A stretch of 64,000 nt of DNA from the NCBI GenBank assembly GCA_963847585.1, contig CAWKAQ010000011.1:89771-153770 (forward strand). Reading direction: 5' to 3'. The stretch's first letter is position 1; each line of letters starts with the position of its first letter. Shown piece by piece: positions 30,319 through 44,394 of the stretch. A model generated the notes under the pieces. The model did not search any database and was not told the origin of the DNA. It saw only the letters and a program-made list of their open reading frames with translations. The DNA is from an uncultured beta proteobacterium. GTDB lineage: Bacteria; Pseudomonadota; Gammaproteobacteria; Burkholderiales; Casimicrobiaceae. The position numbers were made by a program, and so were the translations under genes.

Positions 30319-30696
30319 ATGCCAACGATCAATCAGCTGGTGCGGAAGGGCCGCGTGGCCCCGGTTTCGAAGAGCAAGGTGCCGGCGCTGAAGCGCAGCC
30401 CGCAGAAGCGCGGCGTGTGCACGCGCGTCTACACGACCACGCCGAAGAAGCCGAACTCTGCGCTGCGCAAGGTCGCCAAGGTGCGGCTGACCAACGGCTT
30501 CGAGGTCATCAGCTACATCGGCGGCGAAGGCCACAATCTGCAGGAGCACTCGGTCGTGCTGATTCGCGGCGGCCGCGTCAAGGACCTGCCTGGCGTTCGC
30601 TACCACATGGTGCGCGGCGCGCTCGATACGGCCGGCGTCAAGGATCGCAAGCAGAGCCGCTCCAAATACGGCGCCAAGAAGCCCAAGGCGGCTTAA
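30319..30696 (+). CDS. rpsL: 30S ribosomal protein S12
   Basis: [12 protein letters not shown]...[34 protein letters not shown] at 30319 within ORF 30118..30696. Confidence 0.95.
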   Translation: MPTINQLVRKGRVAPVSKSKVPALKRSPQKRGVCTRVYTTTPKKPNSALRKVAKVRLTNGFEVISYIGGEGHNLQEHSVVLIRGGRVKDLPGVRYHMVRGALDTAGVKDRKQSRSKYGAKKPKAA

Positions 30697-30719
30697 AGAC
30701 TGAACGGAACGAGAAGCAT

Positions 30720-31190
30720 ATGCCACGACGCAGAGAAGTTCCCAAGCGCGAAATCCTGCCGGATCCGAAATATTCGAACAGCGATGTTGCGAAGTTCGTC
30801 AACGTGCTGATGAGCCAGGGCAAGAAATCGGTCGCCGAGCGCATCGTCTACGGCGCTTTCGAATCGATCGCGAAAAAAGGCGGCAAGGATCCGCTCGAGG
30901 TCTTCAACCAGGCGCTGTCGAATTCGAAGCCGATGGTCGAGGTCAAGAGCCGGCGCGTCGGCGGCGCGAATTTTCAGGTGCCGGTCGAAGTACGTCCGGT
31001 GCGCCGGGTTGCGCTGGCGATGCGGTGGCTCCGCGAAGCGGCGCGCAAGCGCGGCGAGAAGTCGATGGGCCAGCGGCTGGCGGCCGAGCTGATCGAAGCG
31101 TCCGAGGGGCGCGGCGGCGCGGTGAAGAAACGCGAAGAGGTGCACCGGATGGCCGAAGCGAACAAGGCCTTCTCGCACTTCCGCTTCTAG
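30720..31190 (+). CDS. rpsG: 30S ribosomal protein S7
   Basis: [31 protein letters not shown]...[15 protein letters not shown] at 30720. Confidence 0.95.
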   Translation: MPRRREVPKREILPDPKYSNSDVAKFVNVLMSQGKKSVAERIVYGAFESIAKKGGKDPLEVFNQALSNSKPMVEVKSRRVGGANFQVPVEVRPVRRVALAMRWLREAARKRGEKSMGQRLAAELIEASEGRGGAVKKREEVHRMAEANKAFSHFRF

Positions 31191-31261
31191 ACGGACAACA
31201 TGAACCAGCGGCGGCGGACCCGAGTGGCAATTCCCCGCAGGCATTCAGGCATTGAGAAAAC

Positions 31262-33332
<2,071 letters not shown>

Positions 33333-33402
33333 AGCGGATGATCAATCGCGACAGTCCCGACAATCCCGACAAGGGACTCTGAGAAGTAACAAGGAAGACA
33401 TC

Positions 33403-34601
<1,199 letters not shown>

Positions 34602-34712
34602 CGCTTGGCTGATGCGTCGGAGCAATCCAGCGCGTACGCTTGGACAGTGCTCGATTCGCTCGGAGCAAAACTCGCTAATTACAAGATAGCGCGAATTAAC
34701 TGAAAGCTGAAC

Positions 34713-35024
34713 ATGCAGAACCAGAGAATCCGCATCCGCCTGAAGGCGTTCGATTACAAGCTGATCGACCAGTCGGCGCAGGAAATCGTCGAGACGGCGA
34801 AGCGCTCGGGCGCGGTCGTCAAGGGCCCGGTGCCGCTGCCGACCAAGATCGAGCGCTTCGACGTCCTGCGCTCGCCGCACGTCAACAAGACTTCGCGCGA
34901 CCAGCTCGAGATTCGCACGCATCTGCGGCTGATGGACATCATCGATCCGACCGACAAGACCGTCGACCAGCTGATGAAGCTCGATCTGCCGGCGGGCGTC
35001 GATGTGGAGATCAAGCTCCAGTAG
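34713..35024 (+). CDS. rpsJ: 30S ribosomal protein S10
   Basis: [34 protein letters not shown]...RTHLRLMDI. Confidence 0.95.
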   Translation: MQNQRIRIRLKAFDYKLIDQSAQEIVETAKRSGAVVKGPVPLPTKIERFDVLRSPHVNKTSRDQLEIRTHLRLMDIIDPTDKTVDQLMKLDLPAGVDVEIKLQ

Positions 35025-35152
35025 CACGGCGCGAGAACGCGCAGTTTGGTGTATGGTAGTAGGCAACGGTGTTCAGAGAAGATGCCGCAAAGTTTAAGAG
35101 TTGAATGACGCTGCCGGTCAATCGTAATCGGCGGCTTTGAAGGAAGACGAAA

Positions 35153-35809
35153 ATGAGTCTAGGACTAGTCGGCCGCAAAGTCGGCATGACGCGAATTTTC
35201 ACCGACGACGGCGCCGCCGTTCCGGTGACGGTGCTCGACGTCGCCAACAATCGCATCACCCAGATCAAGACCCAGGAGGCCGACGGCTACACCGCCGTGC
35301 AGCTCACCTACGGCAAGCGTCGCGCCAGCCGCGTCAGCAAGCCGCAGGCCGGACATCTGGCCAAGGCCGGCGTCGAGGCGGGCGAGCTCCTGAAGGAGTT
35401 TCCGGTCTCGGCCGAGCAGCTCGCGAGCCTCAAGCTCGGCGAGACGGTCAGCGTCGAGACCTTTGCCGTCGGACAGCTGGTCGACGTTTCCGGCACGACC
35501 AAGGGCCGCGGCTTTTCCGGCGCGATCCGGCGCCACCATTTCAGCTCGAATCGCGCCTCGCACGGCAATTCGCGCTCGCACAATTCGCCCGGCTCGATCA
35601 GCATGGCGCAGGATCCGGGCCGCGTGTTTCCGGGCAAGCGCATGGCCGGCCAGTATGGCAACGTCAACCGCACCGTGCAGACACTGAAGGTCGTCCGCGT
35701 CGATGCGGCCCGCGGCCTCCTGCTGGTCAAGGGCGCGGTTCCCGGCGCCGACGGCGGCCATATCGTCGTCCGGCCGGCGGCCAAGGCCCCGCTGAAGAAG
35801 GGGGCCTGA
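35153..35809 (+). CDS. rplC: 50S ribosomal protein L3
   Basis: [28 protein letters not shown]... 218-aa ORF. Confidence 0.95.
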   Translation: MSLGLVGRKVGMTRIFTDDGAAVPVTVLDVANNRITQIKTQEADGYTAVQLTYGKRRASRVSKPQAGHLAKAGVEAGELLKEFPVSAEQLASLKLGETVSVETFAVGQLVDVSGTTKGRGFSGAIRRHHFSSNRASHGNSRSHNSPGSISMAQDPGRVFPGKRMAGQYGNVNRTVQTLKVVRVDAARGLLLVKGAVPGADGGHIVVRPAAKAPLKKGA

Positions 35810-35811
35810 AC

Positions 35812-36437
35812 ATGGATCTGAAACTGATCGACGACAGCGGCAAGTCCGCGGCGACGCATGCCGGCATCCGACGCGCTGTTCGGACGCGAATACAACGAAG
35901 CGCTGATTCATCAGCTGGTGACCGCATACCAGGCCAACGCGCGCAGCGGCAACCGCAAGCAGAAGGGCCGCGCCGACATCAACAAGTCGCACAAGAAGCC
36001 CTGGGCGCAAAAGGGCACCGGCCGTGCGCGCGCCGGCCAGGCGAACAGTCCGCTGTGGCGCGGCGGCGGCAAGATCTTCCCGAGCTCGCCCGACGAGAAC
36101 TTCTCGCAGAAGGTCAACCGCAAGATGTTCCGCGCCGGCATCGCCGCGATCCTGTCGCAACTGGTTCGCGAGAACCGCCTGTCGGTGGTCGAGCAGTTTG
36201 CGCTCGATGCGCCGAAGACGAAGCTGTTCGCGCAAAAGATCAAGGGATTCGGCCTGACCGGCAGCGTGCTGGTCGTCACCGACAAGTTCGACGACAACGT
36301 ATTCCTGTCGTCGCGCAACCTGCCCGGCGTGCTGGTGCTCGAGGCGCGCGCAAGTCGATCCGGTCAGCCTGGTGCGCTTCGACAACGTGCTGCTGACCAA
36401 GGCCGCGGTCGCGCAATTCGAGGAGATTCTGGGATGA
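35812..36437 (+). CDS. rplD: 50S ribosomal protein L4 (+1 breaks at 35857 and 36350)
   Basis: [15 protein letters not shown] / [58 protein letters not shown]... / [28 protein letters not shown]. Its TGA overlaps the rplW ATG. Confidence 0.9.
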
Positions 36438-36863
36438 GCCCGACCAAGCCAACGGCGGCAACGAAGGACTCGGCCAAGACGACCGCGAAGGCGGCCGCGA
36501 AGACGACCGACAAGAAGGCCGCGAAAACGTCGGCCAAGACGCCGGCGAAAGCGCCCGGGCCGAAATACAAGCCCGAGCGGCTCCTTACGCTGCTGCTCGC
36601 GCCGACGGTATCCGAAAAGGCGACGCAAATCGCCGACCAGCATTCGCAGGTCGTTTTCAGAGTCATGCAGGACGCGACCAAGCCCGAAGTGAAGGCGGCG
36701 GTCGAGCTCCTGTTCAAGGTCGACGTCGAGGCGGTGCGAATCGCCAACGTCAAGGGCAAGGCCAAGCGCTTCGGCGCCTACAGCCGGCCGGCGGCGCCAC
36801 TGGAAAAAGGCGTACGTGAGCCTGAAGCCGGGCCAGGAAATCAACTTCGCCCAAGAGGGCTGA
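36434..36863 (+). CDS. rplW: 50S ribosomal protein L23 with Lys/Ala/Thr-rich N-terminal extension (+1 break at 36785)
   Basis: ATGA overlap with rplD. A ~45-aa tail ([45 protein letters not shown]) precedes the L23 core ([17 protein letters not shown]...[13 protein letters not shown]...KRFG). The end [25 protein letters not shown] reads in the next frame. Confidence 0.85.
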
Positions 36864-36864
36864 C

Positions 36865-37701
36865 ATGGCACTGATCAAAGTCAAACCCACATCGCCCGGC
36901 CGTCGCTCGCTGGTCAAGGTCGTTACCAAAGAGCTGCACAAGGGTGCGCCGTTCAACGCGCTGACCGAAAGCAAGAAGCGCGGCTCGGGCCGCAACAACA
37001 ACGGCCATATCACGACGCGGCACAAGGGCGGGGGACACAAGCAACACTATCGCCTGGTCGATTTCCGCCGCAACAAGGACGGCATCGCGGCGACGGTCGA
37101 GCGGCTCGAATACGATCCGAACCGCAGTGCGCATCTGGCGCTGCTGCTCTACACCGATGGCGAGCGCCGGTACATCGTCGCGCCCCGCGGCGTCGCGGCC
37201 GGCACGCAGCTGATGAGCGGCTCCGAAGCGCCGATCAAGGCCGGCAATTGCCTGCCGCTGCGCAATATCCCGGTCGGCACGACGATTCATTGCGTCGAGA
37301 TGCTGCCGGGCAAGGGTGCGCAAATCGCGCGCTCGGCCGGCGCATCGGTGCAGCTCCTGGCGCGCGAGGGCGCGTATGCGCAGCTGCGCATGCACTCGGG
37401 CGAGATCCGCAAGGTGCATGTCGACTGCCGCGCGACCATCGGGACCGTCGGCAACGAGGAGCACAGCCTGCGCTCGATCGGCAAGGCCGGCGCCAACCGC
37501 TGGCGCGGCATCCGCCCGACAGTGCGCGGCATTGCGATGAATCCGGTCGACCACCCGATGGGCGGACGCACCAATGGCGGCGGAGGCAGGCACCATCCGA
37601 TGTCGCCGTGGGGGACGCCGAGCAAGGGTTACCAGACGCGTCGCAACAAGCGCACCGACGGCATGATCGTTCGCCGCCGGCAAGCCGCGAAAAAGGGATA
37701 A
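36865..37701 (+). CDS. rplB: 50S ribosomal protein L2
   Basis: Intact 278-aa [22 protein letters not shown]..., [20 protein letters not shown]. The conserved DHPHGGGEG motif reads [13 protein letters not shown] (see findings). Confidence 0.93.
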   Translation: MALIKVKPTSPGRRSLVKVVTKELHKGAPFNALTESKKRGSGRNNNGHITTRHKGGGHKQHYRLVDFRRNKDGIAATVERLEYDPNRSAHLALLLYTDGERRYIVAPRGVAAGTQLMSGSEAPIKAGNCLPLRNIPVGTTIHCVEMLPGKGAQIARSAGASVQLLAREGAYAQLRMHSGEIRKVHVDCRATIGTVGNEEHSLRSIGKAGANRWRGIRPTVRGIAMNPVDHPMGGRTNGGGGRHHPMSPWGTPSKGYQTRRNKRTDGMIVRRRQAAKKG

Positions 37702-37707
37702 GGGACC

Positions 37708-38005
37708 ATGGCACGTTCGATCAAGAAGGGACCGTTCGTCGATCATCACCTGCAGGCGAAGGTGGAGGCGGCGCGAGCGACGTCGGACAAGCGTCCGATC
37801 AAGACCTGGTCGCGACGCTCGACGATCACGCCCGATTTCGTGGGCCTCACGGTCGCCGTGCACAACGGCAAGCAGCACATTCCGGTGTACGTGTCCGAGA
37901 ACATGGTCGGGCACAAGCTCGGCGAGTTCGCGTTGACCCGCACGTTCAAGGGGCACTCCGCCGACAAGAAGGTCGCGGCGCCGCACGCCGCCGCCGAAGA
38001 AGTAA
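37708..38005 (+). CDS. rpsS: 30S ribosomal protein S19 (likely +1 break near 37995)
   Basis: [20 protein letters not shown]...[37 protein letters not shown]. The listed frame has no stop and runs into rplV. A +1 shift gives ...AAAKK with TAA at 38003..38005, just before the rplV Shine-Dalgarno. Confidence 0.85.
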
Positions 38006-38015
38006 GGAGCAAGAC

Positions 38016-38357
38016 ATGGAAACCACAGCGATCCTGCGCGGCGTGCGCCTGTCGGCCCAGAAGGGACGGCTGGTCGCCGACCAGATCCGCGGCCTGCCGG
38101 TCGACCGGGCGCTCAACGTGCTCGCCTTCAGCCCGAAGAAGGGCGCCAAGATCATCAAGAAGGTGCTCGAGTCGGCGATCGCCAATGCCGAGCACAACGA
38201 CGGCGCCGACGTCGACGAGCTCAAGGTCCAGACGATCTATCTCGACAAGGCGACCAACCTGCGCCGCTTCACCGCGCGCGCCAAGGGCCGCGGCAACGTG
38301 ATCCTGAAACAGACCTGCCACATCCACGTCACCGTCGGTGACGGCAAAAAAGGATAG
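38016..38357 (+). CDS. rplV: 50S ribosomal protein L22
   Basis: [64 protein letters not shown] at 38016 follows GGAG. Confidence 0.93.
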   Translation: METTAILRGVRLSAQKGRLVADQIRGLPVDRALNVLAFSPKKGAKIIKKVLESAIANAEHNDGADVDELKVQTIYLDKATNLRRFTARAKGRGNVILKQTCHIHVTVGDGKKG

Positions 38358-38360
38358 CTC

Positions 38361-39083
38361 ATGGGACAGAAGATCAATCCGACCGGGTTCCGCCTTGCCG
38401 TCAACCGCGACTGGGCATCGAAGTGGTACGCCAACAGCAAGCATTTTCCGACGATCCTGAACGAGGACATCAAGGTCCGGGCCTACCTGAAGAAGAAGCT
38501 GGCGCACGCGTCGGTGGGCAAGATCACGATCGAGCGCCCGGCCAAGAACGCGCGGATCACGATCCACAGCGCGCGCCCGGGCGTCGTCATCGGCAAGAAG
38601 GGCGAGGACATCGAGACGCTGCGCGCCGAGCTGCGCAAGATGATGGGCACCGAGGTGGGCCTCAACATCGAGGAGATCCGCAAGCCCGAGATCGACGCGC
38701 AGCTGGTCGCCGACTCGATCGCGCAACAGCTGGAGAAGCGGATCATGTTCCGCCGCGCGATGAAGCGCGCGATGCAGAATGCGATGCGGCTGGGCGCGCA
38801 GGGCATCAAGATCATGAGCGCGGGACGGCTCAACGGCATCGAGATCGCGCGGACCGAGTGGTATCGCGAAGGCCGCGTGCCGCTGCATACGCTGCGCGCC
38901 GACATCGACTACGGCTTTGCCGAGGCGAAGACGACCTATGGGGTCATCGGCATCAAGGTCTGGGTATTCAAGGGTGAAGTGATGCCGCGCAACGGCGAGC
39001 CGCAGGCGGCGCCGGCACCGGCGCCGGAAGCGCCGAAGCGCGTGCGCAAGAGCGCGGGAGTGAAGAATGCTGCAGCCAGCTAG
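38361..39083 (+). CDS. rpsC: 30S ribosomal protein S3
   Basis: [24 protein letters not shown]... 240-aa ORF. Confidence 0.95.
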   Translation: MGQKINPTGFRLAVNRDWASKWYANSKHFPTILNEDIKVRAYLKKKLAHASVGKITIERPAKNARITIHSARPGVVIGKKGEDIETLRAELRKMMGTEVGLNIEEIRKPEIDAQLVADSIAQQLEKRIMFRRAMKRAMQNAMRLGAQGIKIMSAGRLNGIEIARTEWYREGRVPLHTLRADIDYGFAEAKTTYGVIGIKVWVFKGEVMPRNGEPQAAPAPAPEAPKRVRKSAGVKNAAAS

Positions 39084-39483
39084 AAGGAAATACCGCAAGG
39101 AGCAGAAGGGCCGCAACAAGGGTGTTGCGACCGTCGGCGCCAAGGTGAGCTTCGGCGAGTACGGTCTGAAGGCTACCGGCCGCGGCCGTCTCACCGCCCG
39201 CCAGATCGAGGCGGCGCGCCGCGCGATGACGCGCCACATCAAGCGGGGCGGCAGAATCTGGATCCGCATTTTCCCCGACAAGCCGGTGTCGCAGAAGCCG
39301 GCCGAAGTCCGCATGGGGAACGGCAAGGGCAACCCGGAGTACTACGTCGCCGAAATCGTGCCGGGCAAGGTGCTCTACGAAATGGATGGCGTCGACGAGG
39401 CGCTGGCCCGGGAAGCGTTCGCGCTCGCCGCGGCAAAGCTGCCGATCAGGACGATATTCGTGCATCGATTGCTCGGCGGTTAG
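39067..39483 (+). CDS. rplP: 50S ribosomal protein L16
   Basis: [19 protein letters not shown]...[27 protein letters not shown]. Confidence 0.95.
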   Translation: MLQPARRKYRKEQKGRNKGVATVGAKVSFGEYGLKATGRGRLTARQIEAARRAMTRHIKRGGRIWIRIFPDKPVSQKPAEVRMGNGKGNPEYYVAEIVPGKVLYEMDGVDEALAREAFALAAAKLPIRTIFVHRLLGG

Positions 39484-39500
39484 GCCCTGAAGAGGACACG

Positions 39501-39707
39501 ATGAAAACCTCCGAACGCAGGAAAGATTTGAACGCGAAGTCGCCCGAAGAGCTCAATACCGAGTTGCACGCGCTGCTGCGCGAGCAGTTCGGGTTGCGCA
39601 TGCAGAAGGCGACCCAGCAGCTCACCAATCACTCGAAGCTGACGGACGTCCGGCGCAACATCGCCAGGGTCCGAACGCTGCTCCACCAGAAGGCGGGACC
39701 GGTATGA
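39501..39707 (+). CDS. rpmC: 50S ribosomal protein L29
   Basis: 68-aa ORF, ...[25 protein letters not shown]. Its stop overlaps the rpsQ ATG (ATGA). Confidence 0.9.
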   Translation: MKTSERRKDLNAKSPEELNTELHALLREQFGLRMQKATQQLTNHSKLTDVRRNIARVRTLLHQKAGPV

Positions 39708-40019
39708 ACGCGCAAGCCAATACGCAGGACGCAGCGGCGGCATCGCCGCCGGCGCGCGACCAAGGGCAGCCTGATCCAGACGCAGATCGGGCGCATCGTC
39801 AGCGACAAGATGGACAAGACCGTGACCGTCCTGGTCGAGCACCGCGTCAAGCATCCGCTGTACGGCAAGGTCGTCACGCGCTCGCGCAAGTACCACGCGC
39901 ACGACGAGAGCAACGAGTACAAGGAAGGCGACCTGGTCGAGATCGAGGCCTGCCGCAAGCTGGCCAAGACCAAGGCCTGGCGGGTCAAGCGCTTGATCGA
40001 AAAGGCCAAGGTGATCTAA
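39704..40019 (+). CDS. rpsQ: 30S ribosomal protein S17 (+1 break at 39758)
   Basis: [18 protein letters not shown] / [50 protein letters not shown]... (ORF 39810..40019). Confidence 0.88.
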
Positions 40020-40040
40020 GCCTTTGATTGCGCGCGGGAC

Positions 40041-40069
40041 TTGCGCAGAAGCATAAATCCTGCCATACT
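40041..40069 (+). promoter_or_regulatory. possible spc-operon promoter
   Basis: TTGCGC, a 17-nt spacer, then CATACT, within the 189-nt S17-L14 spacer. The match is weak. Confidence 0.25.
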
Positions 40070-40208
40070 TTTCGTTTCCCCGGCCGCCAGCTGGGTGCAA
40101 GGCTAAGTGAGGCTCTAATTCAGGCGCTGGCGGCGGGCTACCCTTACGGGTTCCAAAACTGGCCGCCGCCAGCACGTGCCGCAGCGGGTCAAGTTGGAGA
40201 TTGTTGCA

Positions 40209-40577
40209 ATGATTCAGATGCAGTCAATGCTCGATGTCGCCGATAACACCGGCGCCCGCCGCGTCATGTGCATCAAGGTGCTCGGCGGCTCCAAGCGACG
40301 CTATGCGCACATCGGCGACGTGATCAAGGTCACCGTCAAGGATGCGGCGCCGCGCGGTCGGGTCAAGAAGGGCGAGATCTACAACGCGGTCGTCGTGCGC
40401 ACCCGCCAGGGTGTCCGCCGCGACGATGGCGCCAAGATCAAGTTCGACAGCAATGCGGCGGTGCTGCTGACCCCGAAGCTCGAGCCGATCGGCACGCGCA
40501 TTTTCGGGCCGGTGACGCGCGAGCTGCGCACCGAGCGTTTCATGAAGATCGTCTCACTGGCGCCGGAGGTGCTCTGA
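40209..40577 (+). CDS. rplN: 50S ribosomal protein L14
   Basis: [36 protein letters not shown] at 40209 follows GGAG. Confidence 0.95.
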   Translation: MIQMQSMLDVADNTGARRVMCIKVLGGSKRRYAHIGDVIKVTVKDAAPRGRVKKGEIYNAVVVRTRQGVRRDDGAKIKFDSNAAVLLTPKLEPIGTRIFGPVTRELRTERFMKIVSLAPEVL

Positions 40578-40579
40578 CC

Positions 40580-40897
40580 ATGCGCAAGATCAAGAAAGGC
40601 GACAACGTCATCGTCATCGCCGGACGCGACAAGGGCAAGCGCGGCAGCGTCACCCAGATCGTCGATGCCGAGCACGTCGTCGTCGCCGGCGTCAACCAGG
40701 TGAAGAAGCACATGCGGCCCAACCCGATGAAGAATCAGCAGGGCGGCATCGTCACCAAGGAAATACCGATCCACGTTTCGAACGTGGCGGTGTACAACCC
40801 GGTCACGCAGAAGGCGGACCGGATCGGATTCCGCACGTTGAACGACGGCCGCAAGGTCCGGTTCTACAAGTCCAACGGCGAAGTGCTCGGAGCATGA
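40580..40897 (+). CDS. rplX: 50S ribosomal protein L24
   Basis: [24 protein letters not shown]... Confidence 0.93.
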   Translation: MRKIKKGDNVIVIAGRDKGKRGSVTQIVDAEHVVVAGVNQVKKHMRPNPMKNQQGGIVTKEIPIHVSNVAVYNPVTQKADRIGFRTLNDGRKVRFYKSNGEVLGA

Positions 40898-41439
40898 CGA
40901 TGGCGCGTCTGAAGGAAATCTACAAGAACGAAGTCGTGCCGGCCCTGACCGCGCAATTCGGCTACAAGTCGGCGATGCAGGTTCCGCGCATCTCCAAGAT
41001 CGTGCTGAACATGGGTGTCGGTGAAGCGATCGCGGACAAGAAGATCCTCGACAACGCCGTCGGCGACCTGCAGAAGATCTCGGGTCAGAAGCCGGTCATC
41101 ACCAAGGCCAGGAAGTCGATCGCCGTCTGGAAGATCCGCACCGGCTACCCGATCGGCTGCATGGTGACATTGCGCCAGCAACGGATGTACGAATTCCTCG
41201 ACCGCCTGGTGTCGATCGCGCTGCCGCGGGTGCGCGACTTCCGCGGCGTGTCGGGCCGCTCGTTCGACGGCCGCGGCAATTTCAACATGGGCGTCAAGGA
41301 GCAGATCATTTTCCCCGAGATCGAGTACGACAAGATCGACGCGCTGCGGGGCATGAATATCACGATCGCGACGACGGCAAAGACCGATGCCGAGGCGAAG
41401 GCGCTGCTCGCCGCGTTCAAATTTCCGTTCAAGAACTGA
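40894..41439 (+). CDS. rplE: 50S ribosomal protein L5
   Basis: ...[46 protein letters not shown] overlap with rplX (a second ATG at 40900 is also possible). Confidence 0.95.
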   Translation: MTMARLKEIYKNEVVPALTAQFGYKSAMQVPRISKIVLNMGVGEAIADKKILDNAVGDLQKISGQKPVITKARKSIAVWKIRTGYPIGCMVTLRQQRMYEFLDRLVSIALPRVRDFRGVSGRSFDGRGNFNMGVKEQIIFPEIEYDKIDALRGMNITIATTAKTDAEAKALLAAFKFPFKN

Positions 41440-41453
41440 AGACCGAGGACGCC

Positions 41454-41759
41454 ATGGCTAAAACGGCTGTCATCAACCGCGATCTGAAGCGCCGCAAGAT
41501 GGTGAAGAAGTACGCCAAAAAGCGCACCGAGCTTATTGCGGTCATCAACAACTTCAAGCTGTCCGAGGACGTGCGTCTCGATGCGCGGCACAAGCTGCAG
41601 CAGCTGCCGCGCGACGCCAGCCCGACCCGGCTGCGCAACCGCTGCAAGCTGACCGGCCGCTCGCGCGGCGTGTACAGCAAGTTCGGCCTCGGCCGCAACA
41701 AATTGCGCGAGATCGCGATGCGGGGCGAAATCCCCGGCGTGGTCAAGGCCAGCTGGTAG
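41454..41759 (+). CDS. rpsN: 30S ribosomal protein S14
   Basis: [24 protein letters not shown]...[16 protein letters not shown]...[11 protein letters not shown]. Confidence 0.95.
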   Translation: MAKTAVINRDLKRRKMVKKYAKKRTELIAVINNFKLSEDVRLDARHKLQQLPRDASPTRLRNRCKLTGRSRGVYSKFGLGRNKLREIAMRGEIPGVVKASW

Positions 41760-41768
41760 GGGTGACTC

Positions 41769-42164
41769 ATGAGCATGACTGATCCGATCGCCGACATGCT
41801 GACGCGTATCCGCAACGCGCAGCTCGCGGAAAAAGCCACCGTGCAGATGCCGGTGTCGAAAGTGAAGCTGGCGATCGCCAAGGTGCTGAAGGACGAAGGC
41901 TACGTCGAAGGCTTTGCCGTCGTCGGCGACGAAGCCAAGCCGCAGCTCGAGATTTCGCTCAAGTACTACGCCGGTCGGCCGGTGATCGAGAAGATCGAGC
42001 GCGTGTCGAAGCCCGGCCTGCGCATCTACAAGAGCAAGGACGATATCCCGCGCGTGATGAACGGGCTGGGAATCGCCATCGTATCCACGTCGCATGGCGT
42101 GATGACCGATCGCAAGGCGCGCGCCACCGGGGTCGGCGGCGAAGTGCTCTGCATCGTTGCCTGA
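41769..42164 (+). CDS. rpsH: 30S ribosomal protein S8
   Basis: [28 protein letters not shown]... Confidence 0.95.
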   Translation: MSMTDPIADMLTRIRNAQLAEKATVQMPVSKVKLAIAKVLKDEGYVEGFAVVGDEAKPQLEISLKYYAGRPVIEKIERVSKPGLRIYKSKDDIPRVMNGLGIAIVSTSHGVMTDRKARATGVGGEVLCIVA

Positions 42165-42179
42165 CGAGGAGCGAGAGCG

Positions 42180-42707
42180 ATGTCCCGTATCGGCAACAAT
42201 CCGATCAAGCTGCCGGCAAAAGTCGAAGTGACGATCGCCGGCGGCGAGATCTCGGTCAAGGGTCCGCTCGGCTCGCTGTCGCGGCGCTTCGGCCCGACGG
42301 TCAGCATCGAGCAGTCCGGCGACACGCTGACCTTCAAGGCGGCGAACGCCGAGGCGGGCGCGATGCACGGCACGATGCGTGCGCTGGTCGCCAACATGGT
42401 CAAAGGCGTCACCGACGGTTACCAGAAGCGATTGACGCTGGTCGGCGTCGGCTACCGGGCGCAGGTCGCCGGCGACAAGCTCAACCTGTCGCTCGGCTAT
42501 TCGCATCCGGTCGTTCACCAGATGCCCAAGGGCGTCAAGGCCGAAGTTCCGGTGCAGACCGAGATCATCGTCAAGGGTGTCGACAAGCAGCAGGTCGGAC
42601 AGGTCGCCGCGGAAATCCGCGCCTACCGTCCGCCTGAGCCGTACAAGGGCAAGGGCGTGCGCTACGCCGACGAGCGGGTCGTGATCAAGGAAACCAAGAA
42701 GAAGTAA
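42180..42707 (+). CDS. rplF: 50S ribosomal protein L6
   Basis: [31 protein letters not shown]...[14 protein letters not shown]. Confidence 0.95.
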   Translation: MSRIGNNPIKLPAKVEVTIAGGEISVKGPLGSLSRRFGPTVSIEQSGDTLTFKAANAEAGAMHGTMRALVANMVKGVTDGYQKRLTLVGVGYRAQVAGDKLNLSLGYSHPVVHQMPKGVKAEVPVQTEIIVKGVDKQQVGQVAAEIRAYRPPEPYKGKGVRYADERVVIKETKKK

Positions 42708-42741
42708 GCGGCTTGGCCGAAAGACTGGAGATCTGAGGTTC

Positions 42742-43095
42742 ATGAACAAGAGAGAAGCTCGTGTCCGCCGCGCCCGCAAAACCCGGGCGCGCATCGCCGA
42801 GCAGCGGGCAAACCGGCTGGTCGTCAGCCGGTCGAACAGTCACATCTACGCGCAGATCATCGCGCCGGACGGCGACAAGGTGCTGACCAGCGCCTCGACG
42901 CTCGAGGGCGACATGCGCAAGGACACGAAGAACGGCGGCAACCGCGCGGCGGCGACGCTGATCGGCAAGCGCATCGCCGAAAAGGCGAAGGCGCTGGGCA
43001 TCGAGACGGTCGCCTTCGACCGCTCGGGGTACAAGTATCACGGCCGCGTCAAGGCGCTGGCCGAGGGCGCCCGCGAGGGCGGCCTGAAGTTCTAG
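42742..43095 (+). CDS. rplR: 50S ribosomal protein L18
   Basis: [18 protein letters not shown]...[26 protein letters not shown]. Confidence 0.95.
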   Translation: MNKREARVRRARKTRARIAEQRANRLVVSRSNSHIYAQIIAPDGDKVLTSASTLEGDMRKDTKNGGNRAAATLIGKRIAEKAKALGIETVAFDRSGYKYHGRVKALAEGAREGGLKF

Positions 43096-43120
43096 CGCCA
43101 TACAGAGGACGGGACCGAAC

Positions 43121-43654
43121 ATGGCAAAGCCGATGGGCAGGCAGCAGGGCAGGCAGCAGCAGGACGATCGTGGCGATGGCCTGCGCGAAAAGATGATCAG
43201 CATCAACCGCGTCACCAAGGTGGTGAAGGGCGGACGCATCCTCGCGTTTGCGGCGCTGACGGTGGTCGGCGACGGCGACGGGCGGGTCGGCATGGGCAAG
43301 GGGAAGGCGAAGGAAGTTCCGGTCGCGGTGCAAAAAGCGATGGAGGAAGCGCGGCGCCGGATGATCAAGGTGCGTCTGAAAGGCGGCTCGCTGCACCACG
43401 CGGTCGTCGGCCGCCACGGCGCGACCAAGGTATTCATGCAGCCCGCTTCCGAAGGTACCGGCGTCATCGCCGGCGGCCCGATGCGGGCGGTATTCGACGT
43501 CGTCGGCGTGACCAACATCCTGGCCAAGTGCCATGGATCGACCAACCCGTACAACGTCGTTCGGGCGACGCTCAACGCGCTCGAGAATTGCAGTGCGCCG
43601 GCGGACATCGCGGCCAAGCGCGGCCTGACGGTCGAGCAGCTGACGGAGGCCTGA
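43121..43654 (+). CDS. rpsE: 30S ribosomal protein S5
   Basis: ...[47 protein letters not shown]... Confidence 0.95.
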   Translation: MAKPMGRQQGRQQQDDRGDGLREKMISINRVTKVVKGGRILAFAALTVVGDGDGRVGMGKGKAKEVPVAVQKAMEEARRRMIKVRLKGGSLHHAVVGRHGATKVFMQPASEGTGVIAGGPMRAVFDVVGVTNILAKCHGSTNPYNVVRATLNALENCSAPADIAAKRGLTVEQLTEA

Positions 43655-43656
43655 CG

Positions 43657-43873
43657 ATGGCAGGCGGACAAGAAAGTTGCGGCTGCGCCGAAGCGACTGC
43701 GCGTGACGCTGGTGCGCGGACTGATGGGAAAGAAGCCCGATCACCGCGCGACGGTCGCGGGACTCGGCCTCAAGTGGCGCAGCCACTCGGTCGAAGTCGC
43801 CGACACGCCGGAGATTCGCGGCATGCTGGCCAAGATCGGCTACATGCTGGCGGTGACCGAGGCGAAGGCTTGA
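43657..43873 (+). CDS. rpmD: 50S ribosomal protein L30 (+1 break at about 43666)
   Basis: ATG at 43657, 2 nt after the rpsE stop. After MAG the L30 sequence [68 protein letters not shown] reads in the next frame (stop 43871..43873). Confidence 0.8.
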
Positions 43874-43940
43874 GTTGCTTTTGCGGAAAATGGACCCATC
43901 TGGCCCTGTTGGGCCGATGAATGCGATCGAGGACACGACG

Positions 43941-44384
43941 ATGCGGATGAACACGATCAAGCCTGCGGCCGGCAGCAACAAGGCCAGACGCCGCGTCGGC
44001 CGCGGCATCGGGTCGGGGCTCGGCAAGACCGCGGGACGCGGTCACAAGGGCCAGAGCTCGCGCAGCGGCGGCTTCCACAAAGTCGGCTTCGAAGGCGGCC
44101 AGATGCCGCTGCAACGGCGGCTGCCCAAGCGCGGCTTCGTCTCGCGCATGCGCGACGACACGGCGGAAGTGCGCCTGTCCGATCTGGCCAAGCTGCCGGT
44201 GACCGAAATCGACCTGCTCGCGCTGAAGGCGGCCGGGATCGTGCCGGCGCTGGCCAAGACGGCGAAGGTGATCAAGACCGGCAAGCTCGACAAGGCAGTC
44301 AAGCTGTCGGGCCTCACCGCAACCAAGGGCGCGCGCGCGGCGATCGAAGCCGCGGGCGGCAGTCTGACGGAACTGAGCGAATAG
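43941..44384 (+). CDS. rplO: 50S ribosomal protein L15
   Basis: [44 protein letters not shown]. Internal ATG of ORF 43875..44384. Confidence 0.93.
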   Translation: MRMNTIKPAAGSNKARRRVGRGIGSGLGKTAGRGHKGQSSRSGGFHKVGFEGGQMPLQRRLPKRGFVSRMRDDTAEVRLSDLAKLPVTEIDLLALKAAGIVPALAKTAKVIKTGKLDKAVKLSGLTATKGARAAIEAAGGSLTELSE

Positions 44385-44394
44385 GCAGAACGAA

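Noticed and set aside
30068-30391. A 107-aa ORF in the rpsL leader (and overlapping ORFs 30087..30332 and 30062..30325 on the minus strand) as small protein genes.
   Set aside because: There is no Shine-Dalgarno, the composition is Arg/Gly/Trp/Pro-rich, and the plus-strand ORF runs out of frame into rpsL. The region is better explained as an untranslated leader or RNA.
36440-36571. The Lys/Ala-rich segment before L23 as a separate histone-like gene or a non-coding tandem repeat.
   Set aside because: It starts at an ATG coupled to the rplD stop and continues in frame, with no stop, into the L23 core. The repeat units are imperfect and keep the reading frame, so it is treated as an N-terminal extension of rplW.
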